This document shows, piece after piece, positions 37,121 to 47,877 of a stretch of DNA of 64,000 nucleotides. Position 1 is the stretch's first letter. Each line of letters opens with the position of its first letter. Origin of the DNA: Candidatus Babeliales bacterium (GTDB taxonomy: Bacteria > Babelota > Babeliae > Babelales > JANWKD01); NCBI GenBank assembly GCA_963762115.1, contig CAVXJH010000003.1, forward strand, positions 331,323 through 395,322, written 5' to 3'. The notes below the pieces were generated by a model. The model was given only the letters and a program-made list of their open reading frames with translations. It searched no databases and was not told where the DNA came from. Position numbers and translations under genes: made by a program.

Positions 37121-38320
37121 TTGACGATGAAATTGAAGCATATAAATATATTTTTATTTCTCTCTTTTATTTTCATTATTATGATAAATTCTCAAATACT
37201 ATCAATGGAGAAAGGGGAAAAAGGAAAGGAAAAAGAAAATGTGCCTAGATTAAAACTACCTAAACATAAATCTCCCTACGTATTGGATAAAAAATCACCA
37301 TTATCACCTCATCGATTTCAGAACAGTGAAATTCGACGAAAAGCTTCAAACCTACAAAATGCTTATGAATTTGAAGAATTTATAAAATTTGTTCATCACC
37401 CAACAATAGATACACGTCATAAAGAGTTTGTTCAATTTCGCTTGGCATTAAATCTTTATGCAAAATTTGAAGAATTTAATACCTATGCGACTGCCGATGG
37501 AGAACCTGTCGAACCCGATACTACGATAACTATCAAACAAATTGTTCGAGAATTAGGATCAAAATATCACTTTAATCAGGGAAAATACTATAAAAATAAA
37601 GCTCATAAAAAAATGAAAGCGAGTAGAGCAGAACAAGAAAGTTCCGAAACTCAAATTACTTTATTTCAAAAAGCTTTGCATTTGGCATCAAAAGCAAAAG
37701 AATATTTTGAAGAATCTTTAAAGATTAATGAAGATGAAAACACCAAAGATATGTATATTAAAGCTGATAATTTTTTAAAAAAACTAGAAAAAAATTATCA
37801 ACTCTTGCCTAGCTATCAAGAAGCACTTAAAACTACTCATAAAGCTCATTCAAAACAAACAGATGCACATGAAAATCTAGAAAAAACACATACATTATCC
37901 AAATCAAATAAAGAACCACAACCACCAAGTTCATTTTCTTTGAAAAAAAACAAAAAAAAAATCTACGCCACTGAAAAAAAACAATATCACCAAAAAAAAG
38001 CAACATACTTAGATGAATTGGAAAAAGCTGAAGAAAAATTTATTGAAGCAGCACTACAATATTTAAATGCATCAGAACTGATATTGGATCGACGTATATT
38101 GGAAGGAGCACGTAGATCATTAGAGAGTATTTATCAAGTTGAAGCAAAAAAAATAAAAGAAAATCCAAGTTATGTTACTATTAAACCAATAATTAGAGAA
38201 ATAGCTAAAAGAATTGAATTAGGCTTCAAAAAAATTCAAGAACGAGAAGAAAGCAGTTCTGGTATTGGCACAGACAGTAGCAATGAACATTATATTGGTG
38301 GCAAGAAGCAAGAAAAATAA
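37121..38320 (+). CDS. hypothetical exported Lys-rich coiled-coil protein
   Basis: 399-aa ORF with leader INIFLFLSFIFIIMINSQILS. Highly charged helical body with no known motif. Confidence 0.55.
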   Translation: MTMKLKHINIFLFLSFIFIIMINSQILSMEKGEKGKEKENVPRLKLPKHKSPYVLDKKSPLSPHRFQNSEIRRKASNLQNAYEFEEFIKFVHHPTIDTRHKEFVQFRLALNLYAKFEEFNTYATADGEPVEPDTTITIKQIVRELGSKYHFNQGKYYKNKAHKKMKASRAEQESSETQITLFQKALHLASKAKEYFEESLKINEDENTKDMYIKADNFLKKLEKNYQLLPSYQEALKTTHKAHSKQTDAHENLEKTHTLSKSNKEPQPPSSFSLKKNKKKIYATEKKQYHQKKATYLDELEKAEEKFIEAALQYLNASELILDRRILEGARRSLESIYQVEAKKIKENPSYVTIKPIIREIAKRIELGFKKIQEREESSSGIGTDSSNEHYIGGKKQEK

Positions 38321-38437
38321 TAATAAGTATATTTTTTTCCACTATATCACTAGTATAATTTGTTCACTCTGATCACAAAATAAGTGTATCATGCCTAAAG
38401 AGCAAAACTGTTCGCATCCAAAATAAGGGGAAAATTT

Positions 38438-39556
38438 ATGAGATTTCATAGTATGTTTTTTTTGGTTTTTCTAGGAATGCACGCCAATATCTTTCCCATG
38501 GGCGATGATGAAAAAGGATATCATTCTGAATCCGATAAACGTTCTCAAGTAAGCAAAAAATGGAATAATGCCAAAACAGCTCCTAGAAAAAATAATCCAT
38601 TACAGGAATCAAAAAAAAAACGTCATTCGCTTACTCTCTTTAGAGAATCTTCAAATAAAAATAAAATTAAAAGTGAACAATCATCATTTCAAGAAAAGAA
38701 TACTGAAGAAAGTTCTCTTGGGCTCTATACTACGGCGCTCTATGTTCTTGGAGAACGTAGTGGAAAACGAGAACAATTTATTGCTATCCAATTTCTTGAA
38801 AACACCTTAAAAAATACCACAAACTTAGATAGAAAAACAAAACATGTTATAGCAGAAAAAATCAAAAAATATTATATCAAGTATTATGATGCAAAAACAA
38901 AAGCATATTTTATTTCCAGTCAACGATTCGTACAAGAAGCAAGAAAAACAACAGATGAAATACATCAATTACAATTATTACAAACAGCTCAAAAAAAAAT
39001 AGAAAAATCACTTACCTATCTAGAACTCAAAATGCAGCAGACTGGACAAAGCCATGATGATTGCAAAGATTTTAAAGAAATTAGCGATACCCTATTGTCT
39101 TTAATGGATTTTAAAAAAGCCAAGCCCGAATATATTAACAATCAAATAGTCATAGAAGCAGCTAAAAAAACAGAAGAACAAGCTCAACAACACTTAAAAT
39201 TAGCTCAGTCCATAAAAAAAAGGGAAACAACTAAACCTCCAAAAAGAAAAGAAAAAACAGTAACAGCAGGTCTTCTTCATATGCTCGGAAAAAAGAAAAA
39301 AAAATTAGATAAGCTTAATGCAAAACATAAAAGAAATAGAACTTTTCCTGAAGTCTTAACAGAAAGTATGCAACCAGATCCACAAGATACTCGCGCACAA
39401 CAGCTTACACAAGCACAAGATTTACTTATTGGATCTGCTAGAACATTACTCGTTGAATCATCTCAAAATAAAAGGCTGAACAGATTAAATACCATTATTG
39501 AAACAGTAGGCGATATTGAAGAAGAAGAAATTGTTATAAAAACTAAAGCACATTAA
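38438..39556 (+). CDS. hypothetical exported Lys-rich coiled-coil protein
   Basis: 372-aa ORF with leader MFFLVFLGMHANIFP. Composition and layout resemble the preceding gene. Confidence 0.55.
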   Translation: MRFHSMFFLVFLGMHANIFPMGDDEKGYHSESDKRSQVSKKWNNAKTAPRKNNPLQESKKKRHSLTLFRESSNKNKIKSEQSSFQEKNTEESSLGLYTTALYVLGERSGKREQFIAIQFLENTLKNTTNLDRKTKHVIAEKIKKYYIKYYDAKTKAYFISSQRFVQEARKTTDEIHQLQLLQTAQKKIEKSLTYLELKMQQTGQSHDDCKDFKEISDTLLSLMDFKKAKPEYINNQIVIEAAKKTEEQAQQHLKLAQSIKKRETTKPPKRKEKTVTAGLLHMLGKKKKKLDKLNAKHKRNRTFPEVLTESMQPDPQDTRAQQLTQAQDLLIGSARTLLVESSQNKRLNRLNTIIETVGDIEEEEIVIKTKAH

Positions 39557-39562
39557 AATGAA

Positions 39563-39597
39563 AAAAGAGAACACTTTTTATTATGTTCTCTTTTTTC
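39563..39597. terminator. bidirectional rho-independent terminator between convergent genes
   Basis: aagagaaca-ctttttatta-tgttctctt flanked by A6 and T6 runs. It sits between 38438..39556 (+) and rpsT (-). Confidence 0.65.
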
Positions 39598-39611
39598 ATT
39601 ATAGTAATTTT

Positions 39612-39884
39612 TTATTTTTTTGTTGCAGCGTTAACTTTTTTTGCTAAACGACTAATTTTTCTCGATGCTGTTTTTGGATGAAGAATATTTTTACCCTTTG
39701 CACGAGATAATTTTGCTTCAGCATCTTTTAACAATGCCTGCATCTTTACTGCATCTTCATTATTTTCAACAGCAGTTAAAACTTTTTTTACTGCTGTTTT
39801 AATTGAAGTTCTGCGAATAACATTTTTCTTACGACGACCAATGTTTTTTCTAGCTTGCTTTTTTGCTGATTTTGTATTTGCCAT
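39612..39884 (-). CDS. rpsT: 30S ribosomal protein S20
   Basis: MANTKSAKKQARKNIGRRKKNVIRRTSIKT, typical S20. 90 aa. Confidence 0.92.
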   Translation of the reverse strand: MANTKSAKKQARKNIGRRKKNVIRRTSIKTAVKKVLTAVENNEDAVKMQALLKDAEAKLSRAKGKNILHPKTASRKISRLAKKVNAATKK

Positions 39885-39908
39885 TTTGACCTATTAAACC
39901 TTTAAGTT

Positions 39909-40112
39909 CTAGACTACTTTTTCAACTTTACCTGCTTTAACACATTTTGTACAAACGGCACCACGTGTAACTTTTTTTGAATTAGTTCCAACCATAACAA
40001 AAGACATCTTATGGACATTGGGATAAATCCAACGTTTTACCCTATTTCTAGCGTGACTAACTAAATTTCCAACGTGAGGGCGTTTAGTACAAACAACACA
40101 AATTCTTGACAT
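39909..40112 (-). CDS. rpmB: 50S ribosomal protein L28
   Basis: MSRICVVCTKRPHVGNLVSHARNRVKRW, typical L28. 67 aa. Confidence 0.92.
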   Translation of the reverse strand: MSRICVVCTKRPHVGNLVSHARNRVKRWIYPNVHKMSFVMVGTNSKKVTRGAVCTKCVKAGKVEKVV

Positions 40113-40204
40113 GTGCCCATAATCCTTTCATAGACTGATAATACTTTATAAGTATAGCGAATAATAATGCTTTTTCAAACCTGAATTTTTTAAGAATCTT
40201 ATTT

Positions 40205-42847
40205 TCAGGATAATTTAAAATCCTGTCGTGGCTCTATACCTAAAAGTGCATAGATCTCACTAGCAAATAATGTTTCTTTTTCATATAACATATTGGCAAG
40301 CGTTTCAAGTTTGTCACGATTACTTTTCAATAATTCTTTAACTTTCATATAAGAATTTTCTAATAACTTTTGAACTTCAGCATCAATCCGTTCAGCAGTT
40401 TTTTGAGAATACTGATATTCTCCCTGATTTTGCGTATAAACGACTGTTCCTAGTCCTTCTGACATACCATAAGAACAAATCATTTTCCGCGCTATTTCAG
40501 TAGCTTTTTCAAAGTCATTAGACGCGCCCGTTGCAAGAACATTAAAAATAAGTTCTTCTGCGGCTCGCCCGCCTAAACATACCATAATAACTGCCAACAT
40601 CTCATCTTTTGTTTGAGTATATTTTTCTCTTTCAGGTAATGAATGAGTAACTCCTAATGCTCTACCACGCGGAATGATAGTCACCTTATGCAAGGGATCA
40701 CTATGATCAGGTAATAATAACCTAACCAGAGCATGCCCTGATTCATGAAATGCGGTGATTTTTCTTTCTTCGGGCGAAAGTATAATTGTTTTTAATTCTT
40801 TACCAAGCATAACCTTATCACGCGCTTCTTCAAAATCATGCACCGTAATATTCTCTTGCTCTTGATTTTTAGAGCCATGCAAGGCTGCTTCATTAACGAG
40901 ATTTGCTAATTCTGCACCCGAAAATCCTGGCGTCCCACGAGCAATTTTATTTAAATTAACTGAAGAATCAAGTTTTACCCCTTTGGCGTGTAGAGATAAA
41001 ATCTTTTCACGACTTGTTACATCAGGATAAGGAACTTCCACTCTTCTATCAAACCTTCCCGGTCTTAATAATGCATTATCCAATGACTCTGCACGATTTG
41101 TAGCAGCCATAACAATAACGGCACTTCCGTCAGAATCAAAGCCATCCATTTCTGTTAACAATTGATTTAATGTTTGATTACGTTCTTCATGGCCACCAAT
41201 ACCCGTCACTCGTTTGGTACCAACAGCATCGATTTCATCAATGAAAATAATGCTTGGCTTATGCTTACGCGCTTGAGCAAATAAATCACGTACCCGAGAT
41301 GCACCCACACCAACATACATTTCAACAAATTCTGAAGCACTTACCGAGAAAAATGGGCAATTAGCTTCACCGGCAACAGCCTTCGCAAGCAATGTTTTAC
41401 CATTACCCGGATCACCAACCAATAAAATGCCTCGCGGAATTTTGGCACCAAGACGTTTATACCGTTCTGGGTTTTTTAAAAATTCAACAACATCACGCAA
41501 TTCTTCTTTAGCTTCCTCTACACCAGCAACACTATCAAAAGTACATTTTACCTGAGAAGGCATAAACAATTTGCCCTTTGTGGCACCTTTTGCAGCTGAA
41601 TTACTTGAAGATGACTGGTTTTTATGAGATTCAAGCAACGCTTTGTGTGCATCCTCAATATCTTGTTGGCCAACAGATTCTTTATTTTTCTTAGAAGCAT
41701 TAATTGCAGCCTTATTCATAAGATTAGCAAGATCAGCGCCACTAAAACCGGCTGTTTCTTCAGCAACCTTTTTTAAATCTATATCAACACCCATCTTAAG
41801 CCCTTGAGCATTAATCTGTAATATTTGCTCACGACTAAGCGTATCAGGGAAAGATACTTCCACTCTTCTATCAAATCTTCCTGGCCTTAACAAAGCTTTA
41901 TCAAGAACATCTGGCATATTAGTAGCAGCTATAACAATAACCGATGAACCTGCCGTATCAAAGCCATCCATCTCCGTCAAAAGCTGATTAAGCGTTTGCT
42001 CACGTTCATCATGACCACCGCCAAAACCACTCCCACGCTGCCTGCCAATTGCATCAATTTCATCAATAAAAACAATACTCGGCGCATGTTTACGTGCTTG
42101 CGCAAATAGATCTCGAACACGAGCAGCGCCAACACCGACAAACACTTCAATAAAATCTGAACCGGTTATGCTAAAAAAGGGACAATTTGCTTCTCCAGCA
42201 ACAGCCTTTGCAAGCAATGTTTTACCATTACCCGGCTCCCCAACGAGCAGAACACCCCGTGTTACCTTTGCACCAAGACGCTTGTATTTTTCAGGATTTC
42301 TTAAATAATCAACAACATCCTTAAGTTCTTCTTTAGCATCAGTTGCACCCGCAACTGATTTAAAATTTACCTTAATAGTTGAAGGCATAAACATTTTTGC
42401 CTTGCTTTTGCCCATACTAAAAATATTACTGCCGCCTCCAGACCCACGTGATTGTCTGAAAAAATACCATACGCCCAACGGCATAAGTAAAAAAGATGCA
42501 AGTAACAATAAGTGCCAAAAACTAAATTGTGCTGCTAAAGGAGCAACGGAAAATTCAACACTGTGTTCTCGTAATAAATCAAGGTTTTTAGGATTATCAG
42601 CAATTACCGCCTCAAATCGAGTCCCATCTTTCAAAATCCCATACACATCTTGCCCATTAATATGGACCGATTTAACTTCATTGTTTTCAATAGCATCAAG
42701 ATAGGTTGAATATGAAATGTTTTTCACATGACGCGTATAATCGGTTAATTTCGTGAGTAATGCTATGGAAATCACAAAAAAGAGCACTACAAAGACTAAG
42801 TGCTTGGGTCCGCGCGCAAAAGGATTATTTTTTAGTTTTTGTTTCAT
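40205..42847 (-). CDS. ftsH: FtsH-type membrane metalloprotease with two tandem AAA+ cassettes
   Basis: Two TM segments. AAA-1 has [17 protein letters not shown] and [12 protein letters not shown]-2 has [17 protein letters not shown] and LLRPGRFDR. An M41 peptidase domain with HESGHAL follows. 880 aa versus about 600-650 for a normal FtsH. Confidence 0.9.
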   Translation of the reverse strand: MKQKLKNNPFARGPKHLVFVVLFFVISIALLTKLTDYTRHVKNISYSTYLDAIENNEVKSVHINGQDVYGILKDGTRFEAVIADNPKNLDLLREHSVEFSVAPLAAQFSFWHLLLLASFLLMPLGVWYFFRQSRGSGGGSNIFSMGKSKAKMFMPSTIKVNFKSVAGATDAKEELKDVVDYLRNPEKYKRLGAKVTRGVLLVGEPGNGKTLLAKAVAGEANCPFFSITGSDFIEVFVGVGAARVRDLFAQARKHAPSIVFIDEIDAIGRQRGSGFGGGHDEREQTLNQLLTEMDGFDTAGSSVIVIAATNMPDVLDKALLRPGRFDRRVEVSFPDTLSREQILQINAQGLKMGVDIDLKKVAEETAGFSGADLANLMNKAAINASKKNKESVGQQDIEDAHKALLESHKNQSSSSNSAAKGATKGKLFMPSQVKCTFDSVAGVEEAKEELRDVVEFLKNPERYKRLGAKIPRGILLVGDPGNGKTLLAKAVAGEANCPFFSVSASEFVEMYVGVGASRVRDLFAQARKHKPSIIFIDEIDAVGTKRVTGIGGHEERNQTLNQLLTEMDGFDSDGSAVIVMAATNRAESLDNALLRPGRFDRRVEVPYPDVTSREKILSLHAKGVKLDSSVNLNKIARGTPGFSGAELANLVNEAALHGSKNQEQENITVHDFEEARDKVMLGKELKTIILSPEERKITAFHESGHALVRLLLPDHSDPLHKVTIIPRGRALGVTHSLPEREKYTQTKDEMLAVIMVCLGGRAAEELIFNVLATGASNDFEKATEIARKMICSYGMSEGLGTVVYTQNQGEYQYSQKTAERIDAEVQKLLENSYMKVKELLKSNRDKLETLANMLYEKETLFASEIYALLGIEPRQDFKLS

Positions 42848-43085
42848 AATTAACCCATTCTTGTTATATATTTTTCAAAAATACTATTTCCAGCAATTCA
42901 TGAATTATGAAAAGCTGACGCCTTATTTATATATTCTAATTGTACTATAAAATATAAAAAATAGAAAGTTCTGGTTAATTATATTATAAAATATGCGTAC
43001 TGTCGACATTTTATGAAGAAAATAAGCAGAATTTAGCATCTATAGGGCAGCGAAATACAATACTAGTATAGAAGTTGTTTCTCCA

Positions 43086-44417
43086 TCAGGCAAATATGCT
43101 CAAATCTGTATAGTTGGGTGACCAAGCCGGATAACTACATTCCTCATCTTCACCAGTCAAAAAAAACCTTTCACCGGTCAGCATATTAAATATGACGATT
43201 CTACTACTTTTGCCCTCTTTAAGAACAAAAGCCAGGTAATTCCCACAGGGCGACCATGAACATTCATCTTTGTTGCCCTTATCAAAGGTAATTTGCTTAT
43301 GTTCTTTTGTATCCATAGTATACATAAAAACTTGCATATCATTACCTATTAATTTTGAATAGGCAATCGAATTATTTTTATCAGAATAATGAGGAGAAGC
43401 ACAGTAGCCGCCTTGCGTTAATCTCTTAGTTTCACCAGTTGCCGGCGTTAAACAATAAAGTTGTGGGCTCTTCGTTTCAAAATCAGAACAAAAAATAATA
43501 TCACCATTTTCACACAAATTAGGGGAAGTATTATTACCCTGGTTATGCGTTAATCTTTTAGTAATGCCTTTTTTGGCTACCTGATCAAAATAATAATAAT
43601 ATAACTGGCAACTTCCTCTATGCGAAGCACAATAAACCACCTTTTGACCATCAAGTGAAAAACTTGCCAACATAGTAAGTCCATCAAAATTAGAAATAAT
43701 CTTTCTCGTGCCATCCAATGCAACAGACATAAGCCGAATATTAGCTGGCGTTACTTCAGAATAGAGAATCAAGGGATTATTTTTATCCTTATTCCATCGC
43801 GGCGCTAATAATTTACCACCTTTAACAAAACAAACAGCGCTATCTTGCATCGGACTTTGAATATAAATATTTTTTAAGATTTGCTTATCTTTTTTGATAA
43901 CTTTACAATAAGCGATTTTAGTCAAAAAAATGCTTTCTTGACCTGTTAATAGCTTCCAAAGTTGATCTGCAATACTATGCGCCGTGGCCTCAACGGTGTT
44001 TTGCAAAGCAATCCGCTTTCCTTTTTGCATAGATGCTTGCAAAGAATCATATAATCGCCACTCAATGCTACCTTCTTTGGTCATTGAAAGTAAAATAACT
44101 ACACTGAAGCCATCAATAAAAAAGTTTTTCATCTTTTTTATTGATGGAATATCGCTTAAATGCTGTATTTCAACATTGAAACCACTCAGTTTTTGTTGTT
44201 TGCAGGACAAATCATCCTGCACAACAGCGGCAATTTTTAACAACTCAGGAGTTGGGCTCAGTAATCCCAATAATAATTTCATTTTTTCTTGCTGTTGATT
44301 TTTGATAGTCATCTGTATTTGATTATTATTTTTCAGATCAGCTTTCAATACATTATTAGTGCAGAAGCTCACAATAACAAAGAGACAATATACTATTTTT
44401 CTCATTCTCATTCTCAT
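43086..44417 (-). CDS. tolB: Tol-Pal system beta-propeller protein TolB
   Basis: Signal peptide. N-terminal TolB-type domain plus PD40-like blades (FSLDGQKVVY, WSPCGNYLAFV, PAWSPN). Position after tolQRA. Confidence 0.78.
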   Translation of the reverse strand: MRMRMRKIVYCLFVIVSFCTNNVLKADLKNNNQIQMTIKNQQQEKMKLLLGLLSPTPELLKIAAVVQDDLSCKQQKLSGFNVEIQHLSDIPSIKKMKNFFIDGFSVVILLSMTKEGSIEWRLYDSLQASMQKGKRIALQNTVEATAHSIADQLWKLLTGQESIFLTKIAYCKVIKKDKQILKNIYIQSPMQDSAVCFVKGGKLLAPRWNKDKNNPLILYSEVTPANIRLMSVALDGTRKIISNFDGLTMLASFSLDGQKVVYCASHRGSCQLYYYYFDQVAKKGITKRLTHNQGNNTSPNLCENGDIIFCSDFETKSPQLYCLTPATGETKRLTQGGYCASPHYSDKNNSIAYSKLIGNDMQVFMYTMDTKEHKQITFDKGNKDECSWSPCGNYLAFVLKEGKSSRIVIFNMLTGERFFLTGEDEECSYPAWSPNYTDLSIFA

Positions 44418-44426
44418 AGGTGGTTA

Positions 44427-45215
44427 TTAAAAAATAAGTTCGATGTCTTTATGCCAAATAGTTTTTGGAAATGGATAACTCAACACAAAATTCTTTACCA
44501 TAATATCAAGCGCTAAAGCTTGTGAAGATTGTACAATAGCAACATCACGATTTGTTTCAGAATGCACACATACCTTCACATGACATTCCGTTAATGCTGA
44601 AATGTTAGCAGGGCGCTTCCATGCTTTTGCAATCCCCTCCTTAATCTCATTACAAAGCGCAATGAGTTCCAAATCATAGCGACCGACCTCTTGTATAGCC
44701 GAACTTGAATTTATTACCGGTTCTACTTTTTTAATTTCATCTTTTTTTACTACTGCCTCGTTAAGCTTTTCATTCTTTTTTACCATGAGTTCTTTTTTAG
44801 GAATGATCTTAGGAATAGTTTTTTTTGGCACTAGTTTTTCTGGCATCTTTGGAAGAATTTTTGATTTATTCTGCGTACTATTTTTTTTAACGGGAATAGT
44901 TTTTTTTGGCATCACGGGTAATTGAACTGTTTTTTTTTGTACAAGTTTTTTAGATGGCAATGATGCTATTTTTTTTACCACCGTTGGTTGCTGAACTGCT
45001 GGAGAAATTGTTTTCATCAAAGGCATGAGTATCACCATTGAACCATCAGAAATTTCTGATAAACGAATAACATCAGATGAAAAAAATGATTGAGTCATTA
45101 ATAAAAGCATAAAAAAAATACAATGAATCAAAAACGAAAACAGTACTAATTTTACAAAAAAAATATTTTTTTTAGGCAGCCTGGGCAGCAAGCTTCTCAG
45201 TTGCAATTGCAACAT
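44427..45215 (-). CDS. tolA: TolA/TonB-like energy-transducing protein
   Basis: N-terminal TM anchor, a long Pro/Lys-rich spacer (KKTIPKIIPKKELMVKK) and a small C-terminal globular domain. Position between tolR and tolB. The start is uncertain because it overlaps tolR by 44 nt. Confidence 0.6.
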   Translation of the reverse strand: MLQLQLRSLLPRLPKKNIFFVKLVLFSFLIHCIFFMLLLMTQSFFSSDVIRLSEISDGSMVILMPLMKTISPAVQQPTVVKKIASLPSKKLVQKKTVQLPVMPKKTIPVKKNSTQNKSKILPKMPEKLVPKKTIPKIIPKKELMVKKNEKLNEAVVKKDEIKKVEPVINSSSAIQEVGRYDLELIALCNEIKEGIAKAWKRPANISALTECHVKVCVHSETNRDVAIVQSSQALALDIMVKNFVLSYPFPKTIWHKDIELIF

Positions 45216-45621
45216 CTTTCACTCCTCCAACTACCTTTATACGATCGATGACGCTAATTAAGATATTTGCCGAACAAGATTGTTGTCGATCAACACGTAC
45301 CCATACTCTTTTTGCTTCTCGAGAATTTTGAATATTCGATGCCAAACATTCTTTTATTACTTGTCCAATAGTTTCAAGCGTAACAGGCTTATTATTACAA
45401 TAAATCATTTCATTTTTATCAATAGCAACGACAATTTCCTGTTGCTCTTTTCCTGCTTCCTGTGCTGCACCCTTTGGCAAATCTATTTTAATTGAATTTT
45501 GAATCATCGGTGTTGTAACCATAAAAATTATTAATAATGTTAATGCAGTATCAATAAGAGGAGTCAGCGTAATTTCTAATGACGGAGCAAGCGACTTTTT
45601 TCTACGTTTTAATGACTGCAT
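45172..45621 (-). CDS. tolR: ExbD/TolR family protein
   Basis: ITLTPLIDTALTLLIIFMVT, typical of ExbD/TolR. 149 aa. Confidence 0.85.
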   Translation of the reverse strand: MQSLKRRKKSLAPSLEITLTPLIDTALTLLIIFMVTTPMIQNSIKIDLPKGAAQEAGKEQQEIVVAIDKNEMIYCNNKPVTLETIGQVIKECLASNIQNSREAKRVWVRVDRQQSCSANILISVIDRIKVVGGVKDVAIATEKLAAQAA

Positions 45622-45634
45622 AGCACAGCTCCTC

Positions 45635-46330
45635 TCAAATTTTCTCTTTAAGAAAAAGTCTTTGTATAATCCAATTAAATTTATCAGCTACCGTAAAAAG
45701 TTGATATTCTATTGAACGAATTTGTGCAATCAAATAATGATACATAACTAAAGCAGGAACTGCCACTAATAATCCTGCCAAGGTAGTAATTAATGCTTCT
45801 GCAATACCAGGTGCAACAGTGGTTATATCAGCCGACTGTTTTTCACTAATACGAATAAATGCATGCACTAAACCCCACACCGTACCAAATAATCCTAGTA
45901 AAGGTGAAACGGATGCGCTGGTAAATAAAAATGGCAGATACGATTCTTCGGTTCTCATAAGATCATCTATATTTTGCTCTATTTGTTGTTGCAAATAAGA
46001 GCATTCGTTTTGAGTAATATGAGTTTTTGTAGCATCATGCTCAAGCAATGCCTTCAACACTGAAAGATTTTTTTTCAAAAAATAGCCCGGCAATGTATCA
46101 ATCATTCCTGACGTGATCACACGCATTTCTTCAAATGTTTGAACTTCTTTTAATTGTTGCAGCATTTGATTAAGTTGACGTCGTTTTACGTTCAAAAGAA
46201 TTATTTTATATAAAAATATTGCCCAGCAAATAATAGACATGCCCAAAAGTAACAAAAGAACTAGTTTGGTTACTAAGTCTGATTGCTTTACTAACAACCA
46301 CAAACTATTCCCGGTAAAACTGTAAGCCAT
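45635..46330 (-). CDS. tolQ: MotA/TolQ/ExbB proton-channel protein
   Basis: Three TM segments. Conserved SPLLGLFGTVWGLVHAF and APGIAEALITTLAGLLVAVPA. Confidence 0.88.
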   Translation of the reverse strand: MAYSFTGNSLWLLVKQSDLVTKLVLLLLLGMSIICWAIFLYKIILLNVKRRQLNQMLQQLKEVQTFEEMRVITSGMIDTLPGYFLKKNLSVLKALLEHDATKTHITQNECSYLQQQIEQNIDDLMRTEESYLPFLFTSASVSPLLGLFGTVWGLVHAFIRISEKQSADITTVAPGIAEALITTLAGLLVAVPALVMYHYLIAQIRSIEYQLFTVADKFNWIIQRLFLKEKI

Positions 46331-46412
46331 TTTTTAGATCCTTTTGTAATAAAAGATTTTTGATTTATCCTAGTCTAGCGCATAGTATGGGTAGTTAACA
46401 AGATTCATTTGA

Positions 46413-47834
46413 TTATTTTTCTGTTTTGCTTTGAAAAGTCTCCAATACTCGCTTCTTTAAAATATCTTTCTGCGTAATACCCTCATTCAGTTGTATTTGA
46501 TATGCTTCTTTAACCAATAAGCCCATCAGCGGCCCTGGCTCTATTTCGGGCACCAAATCCTTTCCTTCAAGAATTCTCTTTTCAACCCCATGCAAGGCTC
46601 GAGCAGACTCAGCTTTCTTAATAAATTCATCAATACCCACTATTGCATTTGAAAGTGGCTTCCATTTTGCAGGGTTTCTTCCTTGTTTATCGGCAAGTGA
46701 AAGTTTTGCAAGCATCGCCAAGGTCACCTCAGGCGATAATTTCAATGCTAATTTTTTATAGGCATTTAAGGTTGCTTTACCATCGACAAACTGCAAAGGA
46801 TACATATGCGCAGCAACCAATTTACAAACTGATTGTATCACGAACGCATTATTCATTATTCGTTTTAAAAATTTTTTTGCTAAGGGAACGCCAACTATTT
46901 CATGACGATAACTGGTTATTTTGCCTTCTGTTTTTTTTGTTGCTTTTGCTTTACCAAAATCATGACACAAGGCTGCATAAAGCACTATTAATTTTTCTTG
47001 TTCATTCTCATAGTTTAAACATGCGGCTGCATCAAGCGTCTGCAGAGTATGTTCAAAAACATCACCTTCAGGATGCCACACAGGATTTTGCTCAACTCCT
47101 TGCAATGCTGCAATTTCAGGAAAAATATCTAATCGATGAATTTTTTTCAACCAAGCAAATGCCAATGACGGCCTTTTAGATTTCAAAAATAATTTTTTAA
47201 ATTCTGTTTCAATGCGTTCTTTTGAAACATGGGCAACATCCATCGTGCGACAAATAGTATCTAAACTAGCATCAGGAATCATTTCAAAACGACCAATAAA
47301 TTGCATCACTCTAAAAAAACGCAACGGATCTTCAATAAAAGTTATTGGCTGTGTTGCGCGTAAAATACCATCTTGCAAATCTTTGTAGCCATTAAAAGGA
47401 TCAATTAATTCATAGGTGATTAAATCAATACCCATTGCATTCATAGTTACATCACGGCGCCCAAATGCTGTTTTTATGTCTAAAAAAGGATCGAGGGTAA
47501 CTTCAGGTTTTCTTCCACTTTTATCACTGCGAGGGATTGACCAATCAATGTCTAATGATTCCAATCGCAGTACACCAAATGATTTACCAACAAGATTCAC
47601 CGCTCCATAATGACTCAAGAGTTTTTCCAATTTCTCTAAAGAAATATGATGCACTTCAATATCTAAATCTTTGATAGGAAGATCAAGCAATAAATCTCTC
47701 ACTGCTCCGCCTACCAGATATATTTTACCGCCAACGGCATCTATAGCGTGAATAATTGAGCATACATCAGCATTGTTTTCTAAAATTTTTGTTAACTTCT
47801 TTTGTATCTTTATACTAATTTTTGTAAACTTCAA
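46413..47834 (-). CDS. cca: CCA-adding enzyme / poly(A) polymerase family with HD domain
   Basis: Nucleotidyltransferase head GGAVRDLLLDLPIKDLDIEV. HD motif region ALCHDFGK. 473 aa. Confidence 0.82.
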   Translation of the reverse strand: MKFTKISIKIQKKLTKILENNADVCSIIHAIDAVGGKIYLVGGAVRDLLLDLPIKDLDIEVHHISLEKLEKLLSHYGAVNLVGKSFGVLRLESLDIDWSIPRSDKSGRKPEVTLDPFLDIKTAFGRRDVTMNAMGIDLITYELIDPFNGYKDLQDGILRATQPITFIEDPLRFFRVMQFIGRFEMIPDASLDTICRTMDVAHVSKERIETEFKKLFLKSKRPSLAFAWLKKIHRLDIFPEIAALQGVEQNPVWHPEGDVFEHTLQTLDAAACLNYENEQEKLIVLYAALCHDFGKAKATKKTEGKITSYRHEIVGVPLAKKFLKRIMNNAFVIQSVCKLVAAHMYPLQFVDGKATLNAYKKLALKLSPEVTLAMLAKLSLADKQGRNPAKWKPLSNAIVGIDEFIKKAESARALHGVEKRILEGKDLVPEIEPGPLMGLLVKEAYQIQLNEGITQKDILKKRVLETFQSKTEK

Positions 47835-47877
47835 CGTATAATTTCCTTTTGTACATAGTCATAGAAAGTATCGTGTT

